Part shown: positions 45,813 to 56,456 of the stretch, in pieces
Layout: each line of letters begins with the position of its first letter
Numbering within the stretch: position 1 is the stretch's first letter
Assembly: GCA_009103225.1 (NCBI GenBank)
Contig: RHPI01002990.1
Span: 417,976 to 481,975 of the forward strand
DNA length: 64,000 nt
DNA from: Chlorokybus atmophyticus
Lineage: Eukaryota > Plantae > Mesostigma and Chlorokybus algae
Reading direction: 5' to 3'
Made by a program: the position numbers and the translations under genes
Notes under the pieces: generated by a model
Database searches by the model: none
What the model was told of the DNA's origin: nothing
Seen by the model: only the letters and a program-made list of their open reading frames with translations

Positions 45813-47944
45813 ATGTCGCTGGCGAGGAGGGCGTTCTCCACGGCTGTGGCCGCGGCCGTTGGGAAGGCGCCAGCCTTGTCGTCGTCGAGGCTTGCGCAGT
45901 TGCGATCTGACTTGGCGTCTGGAGCCGTGCCGTCGCTGGGTCGCTTCGCCACAGCCAACGACCCTCTGGAGGACGTGTACGCCCTCGACTATGACGCCGC
46001 ACCCTCCTCCTCCACCGTTGATGAGCCCTACTCTGTGCCAGCGGTGCAGCCAAAGGAGAAGAAGCGCAAGCCAGACTGGATGAAGCGAGTCATTCCCAGC
46101 GGCGGCAAGTATGGATCACGCCTGCCCTCTTGCGTGTCCTGTCCTGTACGCCTAGTGTCCTTTCTTAATTGTACTTAGCATTTTTGTGCACACCATTTGG
46201 CACATTGGGTCTGTCTAAATTTTGCTGGCATTGCTGGTATACTATCGTGTGTCAATTAATTTATGCGTCTGTTGTTTGTGGAAGGCCTTGCTGTGGCTTG
46301 TGGCACATGCACTATAAAGTGTTATGGTTGCAATATGCAACAGTTTGTGGTGTAATATATGTTGTAATCAGGTTTAGCAATGTGTGTATGCCGATCACGC
46401 AATGGTGTACATCAAATGGCAGTTCAGTGGTTGGCCAAGCGCATGTGTGCCAAGCAGCACAATCGCATTTGTTCACATCCCGGCGTGGCGGCAGGTATGC
46501 AGAGATCAAGGCCAAGCTGCGTGAGCTTAAGCTGCATACTGTTTGTGAGGAAGCACGCTGCCCAAACATAGGAGAATGCTGGAGTGGCGGAGAGACAAAG
46601 ACTGCAACTGCGACTATTATGATTCTTGGCGACACTTGCACGCGAGGGTGAGCTTTGCAGTTCAAAGCACGTCGCCATGGGTTCACGGCGTTTGTTGCAT
46701 GTACAGTTTGCATGCCCATGAAGAAAAGCATGTGGTTGAAGACATTGCAGTTATGCACCGTAGCCAGGCAGATTTGTTAAAGTTGTCTTCATCGGCAGGT
46801 GTCGGTTTTGTGCTGTTAAGACCTCTCGCACACCACCTCCACCTGACGCGGAAGAGCCGCGAAAGGCAAGTCAATGGTCTCAAGTTGTATTGAATTGTCT
46901 TAGTAATTTTGGTGGAGAAAGTCGGTGACGTTATTCATCCTCATTTCTGCAGGTTGCTGAGGCGATTGCAGCCTGGGGTTTGGATTATGTCGTGTTGACC
47001 AGTGTGGATCGCGATGATCTGCCAGATCAAGGTGCTGGACACTTTGCTGAGACTGTTCGCGGGCTCAAGCAGCGGCAACCGAACATCTTGGTTGAGGCTT
47101 TGAGTGAGTTGCCAAGTTTGCTTCCTTTGCTTCTACATAGCCAAGTAGGTGACAGGCACACAACATAAGGGCACATTATCATTTCCGGTCGTACTTGTGT
47201 GAACAGCGCCGGACTTTAGAGGTGAACCTGATCTTGTGCGGACTGTGGCCACATCTGGTTTGGATATCTTTGCACACAATGTGGAGACTGTAGAGGCCAT
47301 GCAGCGTGTTGTGCGCGACTACCGGGCAGGTATGAAGTCCCTTTAGCCTGCAATGGGTGAGGTGGATGTATTCGCGGTGCATGTGCATGCTGATGCCGTG
47401 CCTTTTGCACAGGTTGGACGCAGTCGCTGCGAGTGCTTGAACTAGCCAAGCAGTATGCACCACGAGGCACATTGACCAAGACGTCGATTATGTTGGGTGT
47501 GGGAGAAAAGCCGGACCAGGTAGGTGGATGTAACAAAGCAAGCAGTTGGTGCGGGCTTACAGTACATTGCGGTCATGTGTAACAACTGTTTGCGCAGGTT
47601 GTTGCTGCGCTCGAGGCACTGCGTGCCATTGAGGTTGATGTCGTGACATTTGGTCAGTACATGCGCCCGAGCAAGAAGCACATGCCGGTTGCAGAGTACG
47701 TGACACCGGCAGCGTTTCAAGGATGGCAGGCGCTAGCTGAGGAAATGGTAAGAGTGAGCCGTTGTGATGTGCTTCATCTTTGTCAAGTGAAGTTAGTCAT
47801 GCTGACTACGGGCTTGTGCATGTCATGCAGGGCTTTCGGTATGCGGTTGCTGGCCCGATGGTGCGATCATCTTATAGAGCTGGAGAATTCTACATTAAGT
47901 CCCTGATTGAAAGGGACAGGGGTGCTGCTGAAAGCATTGCATAG
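45813..47944 (+). CDS. LIP1: Lipoyl synthase, mitochondrial, ~386 aa, 8 exons
   Basis: Exons 45813-46108, 46495-46647, 46799-46865, 46953-47103, 47207-47329, 47413-47519, 47598-47747, 47831-47944. Motifs: [12 protein letters not shown] (CX4CX5C), CTRGCRFC (radical SAM), AHNVETV, RSSY. The N-terminus is transit-peptide-like. Confidence 0.97.
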
Positions 47945-50310
47945 TGTTGTATACTCAGAGCACACCATTGCGTCAAGGCAGTTTATGACTTGAAGCGGTA
48001 TAGGTAGCGGAGGGCTTCGATTAGCATACAGCGATTATTCATATGCTAACACGTACAAAACATATAGGTTTGTATGAGAGACTCCGTTACGGACATGTGC
48101 GTGCAGTACGCAGAATTGTATAAACCAATTCTATTAACGTGTGTTGTGATCACGTTGTGCATGATGATGTGGCGTCAATGGCCATGATAACAATGATCAT
48201 TGCTTGATAACGGTGTGTTCATCCATCGCAACAATGTTTTCGAGAAAATGCCGTAGCGTGCCTCAAATCGTTTGCAAAGAACACATCCCCAAGAGTTGCC
48301 GTTGTAAAAGCTTTTATTCTATTGAAAGCATCTCATTCAATGACTTGCCGTCATTTATCATCAAGTGCAAACCGCTAGTGATTCAATTACTGCTACGTCT
48401 TTGCCGGCTATCGTTCCTACAACCATAATCTGCCACAATTGTTGCACATTGTTGTCAAATACAACGCTCACACTCTATGCAAAAAAAGTGACATGGTTAT
48501 CACATTTGTCAATGAAAGAACATACAGGAACATGGTCTGTGCTATTCTTTACAGCCTGAAGGCGAGCAAGGGCTTCAACTTGAAAATGGTTGTGAGCGCT
48601 GGTGCTGTCACGAGTAGACCCAACAGGACCCGTAAGCACTATTTGCTGCAACCGCTCACATTGTATCATATTGAGCGTACTTGGTCACATATGTTGCTTA
48701 TTGCTATGCCATTGACTGGACTTGACATTCCATTTGGTGCGGTACGCGTACAAGCCAAAACATCAGGCAGGGCACCCATGAAATCAAACCTTGGGAAGGG
48801 GCGAGATCAGGCGCTGGCCAAGAACAACTCAAGCCATTTCAATGCAACGGTTGCCATGTGAGACAACATATGTGGTGTGATCAGCATGGCGGTGGCGGAT
48901 GCTGCGTTGGTGATGAGGTGAGGCTCGCAGGACACGTTGCCACGATCATGTAGACATGTGTCTGCGTGTGTAGTGTTTTTCATGTTAGCGAGCTGGACGC
49001 GCAATAACGACTCTTGTGCTGCCGTATTCAAATCATTACGATGAATGCGATTAAACCGGTACCACTTAGGCTATATATATATGCAGTTTTGATGCTGTTG
49101 GCCCGGCCACGCGGATTGCGCTGGCTAGGGTTTTGGGTTTGCATTGCACACCATCTCGCGCAATGCATCGCAATGCTTGCATGGTGCCATGGATGGCACC
49201 CTCTTCGCAATTGGCTCATGCAGATATGTTTCGAGTGTTGTGTACATGAGGCAGTGCGCACGGATAGACTTTGCATCATGCATGCTTCTATGGTAATTGA
49301 GAATAAGCCGACATAAACACAGCAACATGCTGCCTAGGCCTGACATGTCCTTCATGCGCATATGTTAGTTGCCGTTACGAAATTGTCATTTTTATGCAAC
49401 GCGGTCGCACGCACGTGTGCAAGAGAATCAGCATTCATTTAGTAAGTTACCGGGAATGCAACGCATGTGTATACAAAAACTTTCGGGTAAGCCATGTAAC
49501 AACCACTTTTGCTACCATTTCATAGTAGCAAAAGTTGCTACCATGAAAAGAGGCGTCACGGTTTTGCGATTTATATTTAACGCGCTGCGTGATGCCATAT
49601 GCACTACGTACTGCGTACATACATAGTGTGGAGCCAGCCACACACACATTTGGTCGCAAGCCAGTACATGATTGCACCACCGGGCTACTATCTACACCTC
49701 GCTACCTACTTGCCTAGTGAACTATACAAGCATTTATCTAACAGGCCGCAACCGCACATGTGCAATAAGCTTTTATATACAAGCTTATTGCACTTATGCG
49801 GATGTGCAATATGTATACTGCAAAACCGCTTGGTGAGCTCGCGAGCACACCACTCATGCGCCCACTTGATGTGGTAATATTCCCAACACACATCACACCT
49901 CTGTTGTGCTCAGCGCACCAATCATATTAAAGTAATATTGCACCAATATTGCAGGTACTAATAGTGAAGTAGAGTTTGGTGGAGCAAAGTTTAATCCACC
50001 AAGCCTTTTGCTCATGATAAAAATGCAAGAGTGTCGACAGCGTGGGAATAAACCTTATATATGCTTGCTCATGGCTTTAGCCACCATCAGTACGGATGAA
50101 AACGCGCATAGGGGGACCTTACCATGGGGCGGGCTGGGGCAAAATTGACAGCAAAGGTAAATGTCTATAAGTTAGAAGTTTCATGCATGATTTACAATTC
50201 TATTGTTTGCATCATGGGCACAATGACAAATTTTGCTATTCACAATGCTTAATGTTATTTGGACTTAACGCGGCAATGTGCACATTGCCACACGTGTGCT
50301 TGGAGGGGGT

Positions 50311-50501
50311 GTTGTTTGTTAGTCATCCACATGTTACGCTGGTTCTCAGTCGGCAAGTCCCGGTACCAGGGTGCGTTTAACCACTCGCACAGACCTTGCT
50401 CAACCCGCAAAGAGCTCACACCCAGAACCTGTGACATGACACTACAACCCGTTTGCTTGAGGTCACATAACAACAGTGGAAGAGAGGTTGCGCCTACATG
50501 A
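50311..50501 (-). repeat. Apparently identical ~190-bp copy of 44387-44577 (most of PGM exon 3 plus upstream intron)
   Basis: Same sequence at offset 5924; it ends at a single N (50502). Confidence 0.9.
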
Positions 50502-51113
50502 NTGGCATTTAATAGCGGAAGTACAAAGCATCATGCGATGCTAACAAACGTAATTGTCACGTGTAACTGTGACGAGATGGCAGTCACTTCGTGCCAATAT
50601 GGTATTAGCACAAACCAAAACACCGAGCGTCGTTGTAAAGTTTACTATCAAATCTTACAAACTACGGTATGGTTAACACAACACTTGCAAGCAACAATCT
50701 GTATAGGCTGGTGTTTGCTGCAAAACCTATGCATAGCTTATGCTCTTATGCATGAGAATTATAACATTTACAGCAATGTGCTGAAGCAGGTTCAATAACA
50801 TAGTTTTTAACTGCAATCATAACGCCAACAAAACCACACTGATTGTTGCCGCAGCCCTCAACGGCTTGTTTTTGCAAGCTTTAACCACTGTGGCACAAAA
50901 CCGTATAATGACTCGCCATCTTCACTCCATTACCAACATATGTTGATGCGATGGTGAAGCGGGCGAGAAAGTACGACATGGAAGTGCTGGCGGATTCAAT
51001 TTAGCGGCTGTGTCACGTACCTTCAAGGTTCAAAGTGTTCAAGTTTGTATCAAGGCAACCGAGTTCCTTTACGAGAAGCATTTCCTTGACAAGAAGGGGG
51101 GGGGGGGGGGGGG

Positions 51114-51159
51114 NNNNNNNNNNNNNNNNNNNNNNNNNNNNNNNNNNNNNNNNNNNNNN
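51114..51159. other. Assembly gap flanked by poly-G
   Basis: N run. Confidence 1.
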
Positions 51160-53063
51160 GGGGGGGGGGGGGGGGGATATTACGACTTGTATCGTTTGCG
51201 GTATATAACGGTGTGCGCTCTTAAGCTGACCAGCACCTATCTTAACTACTCTGGACAATTGATCACATACGCATCATATGACAGTGTCAAGAAGGGCCTT
51301 CCGGTCTCCCTTATAATAAGCTGCATAGCCGGGAACATTTTGAACCTTATTAATGTCTTAAGCTTTGCCATGGCATGTAAAGGTAGTGCACGCGCTTTAT
51401 CCCACTACATTGTCGTTGAAAGTCGCAGGACTTGTTAACGTTGACTGTAGTACTTAGTTTGAATTTTATTATAATAAAGATGGCATTCCTGATGTCATCT
51501 TCAAATGCTCGAACTTCAAGCCTCGAAGGGCAGCACATAATCTCTTTAATCAAGCAATGGTGGAACATTAGTAGTGTAAGCACACAATATAGATAATGCG
51601 ATAGACAACACCCTACAATGATAATGAGGCGCCTTTCATAGAACACCAAATGTACCGTTGTGCACTTTTCGACGTGGCTGAACTTCATCTTCTTAAAGAA
51701 GATCAACATGAACGTCTCGTCCGTCCTTTACTAAAGGACGCCCCTTAGTAAGGGGCGACGCTGGCTACAGCCCCTTTTATTAAAGTAACTATTACCATGG
51801 TAAAAGAGCTGCGGTTTGACCACAGAGATCTCGAGACGCATGAACGATTCCTTGATATCATATCCGCTAAATTTGTAAGAGCCCACTAGGAGAAGGTTTT
51901 TGCAATTATCGCACCACATTGCATCGTGTTGGGCCATACACTACAGAAGGGAGCACAACGGTTGTAGATGGGGGACCTCCATAAGCATAGCTATGCTTAA
52001 TGAGTGAGTAGGAAATCTCAACGCACTTGTTATGCACGCAAGAAGGTCATTAGTTTGCAGGCGCGCGGGGCTGAAGATGGCACAAAGAGGAGAATATACG
52101 AGAGTAAGTGTTGTTGAATATATGCGTCTATTACGCAAGAGATTACATTCTACTCATGTCTGCAGCACATGTGCGGCATGCAGCTAACACTGAACACCAT
52201 GCATGCTTGAGTTATTTTTAAAACATGAAAAAAAATAAAAAACATGAATTTAGCACATTTGTCTGCAATCAATGATGGCAATGTCAGCACGTAATTGTGG
52301 ACCCATTATAATGATATGATGCAACGCGGCGTGGGTAGTTACTCATAAGGATGGGGCAGATTTGAAGTCAAGCCACACTGCGTAAGCTACGCATGTCAAA
52401 TATATATATAGTAAAACTAATGCATGTCACGCGTTTTATCGCTGCGACCGTTGTTAATGAAACTGTGATAAATCATGCGCTGCATCAACCACAACAGCCA
52501 AGGAGTAACAGCTAAAATTGCAAGGCCGTTTTAACGTCATTAATATCACTGATGTTTGCATGCCCTCCATAATTAGGCACATAAAACGGTGCTCAAACCG
52601 CACTGTTTGCGCCGACGTGACACGTTATTATAATGCGATATTCATGATCAAGTGGCTGAATCACCATGCATGCCATCTTTTACATTGGGTCATAAAGAAG
52701 CATGTCTTTTAATTTGAAGTGTGCGTTATATTCAAATGTTAGAAACAACACGTCACACACGACTCGTCATTGGGTCTTGCTTGACGTTGTACCCAATGTG
52801 ATTACGTGTTACGCAAGTCAATGTTTGCAGGTGCAGGATCGCAAGGTTGGAAACACGAGTGGGAACACAAGTCACCATGCGATATCAGACACGTATAAGT
52901 GTAGCAAAAAGCAGGGAATCAGCGTGGCGGCCACCATCTTACAAGGTCCGTCGCACATGTGTACATATACATTACGCAATCATCTTGCAATGAACATCTC
53001 CATGTCATTAGCACATTCAGTTACTGCATGTAGTCGATCAATCTAAGAAACTTATTACTGTAA

Positions 53064-53255
53064 TGCTACATACATTGCAACCCGCACTCTTACTGTAGGA
53101 GTGCGGGTTGCAGTTATTTTTCATTTCTACCTATTGCTATAATGATAAAGTCAATGAATTGCATTCATGTTTGTGTTGCTAAGGCCCCGAAGACCTAATC
53201 AAAAAAACAACCCGAGACCATTCGGAATTATTTTTTGATCGTAATGTATGTAGCA
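53064..53255. repeat. Small element with 13-bp inverted ends and an internal 17-bp hairpin
   Basis: tgctacatacatt (53064-53076) pairs with aatgtatgtagca (53243-53255). The hairpin tgcaacccgcactctta-ctg-taggagtgcgggttgca spans 53076-53112. Confidence 0.5.
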
Positions 53256-54919
53256 GTAGGGTAATAGCTAGCGCATCACTTACGGCCCGGGGCTAGTCAC
53301 TTATCAGTACCCGGAGGACGGCAGGAGGACGCACGGCGGACACCATCGAGCCGTTCGCCGCGGCTGGAGGACAACGCGGCGGACGCCCGCCGCCACCGTC
53401 CGATCGGGCTGTTAAGCCGTCACTACATTGCGCGAGCTCTAACCGACAACGTGACCGTCGTGACTGGAGTTACCGCCGCCTCATGTCCATAGTGCAAATG
53501 TCTGATATTGTTGCTGGTGGTTGATAATCAGTTCATGCATTGGATGCACATGGCTATACAATTGTTGCACATTGAATGTACATGATACAAACTTAATAAG
53601 ATTAAATGCCATTTTATGCTTTGATTATTGGTCCAACAATATACTTGCTACATAAATATTGAATTAATCAAGTGTTAACCTCGATATGGATTTTGATGAC
53701 ACAGGTTTCCATTTTTCCTGTTATCCGTTAATACGATTATCTCATAATGTAACGTGCATGGATAGCAAATTTATTTTATCATCTTATGATCATGTATAGG
53801 AGTTGTATGAGCAGCATGTGTCATGCTTATAAGACAGGACATGTGAATTAAAACCAGAATGCAACATGAATGGTCAGCACGTAATTTGCATTGCATATTC
53901 ATGTGATCATCAGGTGAGAAAATGTGAACAGCATGCGTAAGACTGACCACTAACGGCGAGGCCTTTCTTGCAATTAGCTAGCTAATGCAATTAAGCACTA
54001 GCATACATGTTTACACACAGTATACAATAATGTATGCCGGATATTATTACTCCGTCCACAAGTAAAACTGTCACAATAGAGGATAGTCTTAAGTCCATCT
54101 CTTCAAGCAACCTCCTAAACACATCAGTGAGGAAGTTTGTGTCACAATATGCATCAGTGCACCCAATGCCGACTGAAAGTACCGATGCAATAGCCATGTA
54201 GCGTCGTCGTCATAAACAAATCACAGGCAGGGTGGTCAAGCTACTCTTTGACCTGTAGGCGCCTAAGCTGTGCTTCATTAACATCTCACACAAGCGTGAT
54301 CATGCATATTGCATGTTGCTTGTGGCTTGCTGCTCTGTGCCCTATTATCATCTACTTCAGTGTTGCCTTGTGCAACCTTCGTGTGTTATGTTCACGCATT
54401 GTGTGAGCTGTTGTTGGCGAAGTCACATATGTACTGGAGGATACACACATACAGCACCAGCGTGTAAAGCTACTGCACGCGTACACTGTGGCACACATGC
54501 TTGCACATAGCAATACACAAGGGCAGAAGCAGATAGGCAGCTGTTGTCCACACCACCACCAACAGAAGTAGCTGGAAGTGGGAGGCGCCTCTTTGTTAGC
54601 ACCGGCGTCAACCATAGAACACACACTGCAAGCCCTAGGTAGAACACCCGAAAAGGCCCCGAGAAGGGTAAGGAAGGCCCCTTCAACAACTAAGCAAAGC
54701 ACCCCATACACACAGCAAGTGAGCACCGTGCTGCGTTCAACTACTGTAACAATACCGTGTCTTCACATACGATGTGCCTAATGATGCAATTAAGCACCCC
54801 GCAAGGCAATGCACACTTGCAATACAAGCTGCACACTACTGTCAGCACAATGCATCTGGGCTTGAACCAATGAGACGCGGCTTTGGTCCGTTCATTTGGG
54901 GGGGGGGGGGGGGGGGGGG

Positions 54920-55345
54920 NNNNNNNNNNNNNNNNNNNNNNNNNNNNNNNNNNNNNNNNNNNNNNNNNNNNNNNNNNNNNNNNNNNNNNNNNNNNNNNNN
55001 NNNNNNNNNNNNNNNNNNNNNNNNNNNNNNNNNNNNNNNNNNNNNNNNNNNNNNNNNNNNNNNNNNNNNNNNNNNNNNNNNNNNNNNNNNNNNNNNNNNN
55101 NNNNNNNNNNNNNNNNNNNNNNNNNNNNNNNNNNNNNNNNNNNNNNNNNNNNNNNNNNNNNNNNNNNNNNNNNNNNNNNNNNNNNNNNNNNNNNNNNNNN
55201 NNNNNNNNNNNNNNNNNNNNNNNNNNNNNNNNNNNNNNNNNNNNNNNNNNNNNNNNNNNNNNNNNNNNNNNNNNNNNNNNNNNNNNNNNNNNNNNNNNNN
55301 NNNNNNNNNNNNNNNNNNNNNNNNNNNNNNNNNNNNNNNNNNNNN
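54920..55345. other. Assembly gap flanked by poly-G
   Basis: N run. Confidence 1.
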
Positions 55346-55799
55346 GGGGGGGGGGGGGGGGGGGGGGGGGGGGTCTCGTTGCCAAGAAGACCTCTTTCGG
55401 CTTCCAGCAGCACGGCCCTATTGGGCTGGCCGCTCTGAGCAGTACCTCAGTTCAACCCCTTGCGTACAGTACCTGATAGGGTCGCTTATACAGCTAGTCC
55501 TTGTGCTCATGCCGTCAACACATTAGCCTTGTAGTGACCATGCCCTGCTTGTTATGCGTAACATTCCTCCCCACTCGCTTTGCAACGTCCCATTGCAACC
55601 AAAGTTGGACCCCGGGTCCGCACGAGCCGAAACAGTAATGATCAAGCCCTGCAACGCAAACCGCACTCCACATTTAAAAATGGTGCAAGTCGTGGGAGTT
55701 GGCATCTGTTAGTGAGCACAAGATGATGGTAGTCATTACAAAAGTGTCCATTGTTTAACATGTCACATGTTGAACAATGTGCCGCACCAATTAATAGTG

Positions 55800-56105
55800 A
55801 CTGATCGGATTGTGGGTGGTAGACTGTACTCAAGCTTTGGTTAGTATAATGAACACACATATAGCTTGCGAAAACTTGCTAGAGAACTTGGGACCCTATC
55901 TAATACCAGCTCTTGTCGTACTTCATGGGACTTGAACCATGAGCTAATGAAACATCACGCAAACTCTTTCGCATCTACGTCAGTGCGGCAGGGCTTAAAG
56001 CTTACCGTCTTTGTTAGTCTGTTTACAAAGACAATGAGTGCACTGTAACGTTTCTTGATCAAAGCTCAATGATCCAATCGATCCGAGATCCATGCTGACA
56101 TCTTG
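55800..56105 (-). pseudogene. Decayed Ty3/Gypsy integrase core fragment (older, distinct element)
   Basis: Manual translation across frames gives SMD...KKRYSALIVFVNRLTKTVSFKPCRTDVDAKEFA*CFISSWFKSHE...LDRVPK...STVYHPQSD. Confidence 0.75.
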
Positions 56106-56115
56106 CCATTGATAA

Positions 56116-56414
56116 TGGTTACTGCAATGACTTTAGTAGACCAGGCTTTCTACGTGAAGCTGTCGGGCCTGGCAGGGTCGTGTGCCCCTTCGGGTGGCTC
56201 CCCACTGTATTGCCATGATGGGGAATGAGGCCAGCCTAGTGGGTTGTTGGTTGTGTATCTGCACAGTACGGAAGGCAAAGGATACCCCCCTGTCTGTACC
56301 TACTTGTAAGAGAAACACATGTGAGGCTGACATGTGGTACGATATGGTGCTGTGCGCTCTGAGTGATGACAATGCAATGATGATAATGCTAACGAGAGCA
56401 AGTCCAACCAGCCA
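56116..56414 (-). mobile_element. Putative 3' LTR of the Gypsy element, preceded by PPT AAAGGGGGG (56423-56415)
   Basis: On the minus strand the PPT is followed directly by TG. The distal boundary (CCA at ~56116) is inferred. No matching 5' LTR is seen. Confidence 0.45.
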
Positions 56415-56456
56415 CCCCCCTTTGTAAACTAGGGAAGTCTCCGCTCCAGTGAGCAG

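Noticed and set aside
51097-51176. Poly-G tracts as G-quadruplex elements (also 54897-55373)
   Set aside because: They abut gaps, so their true length and structure are unknown; they probably caused the sequencing dropout.
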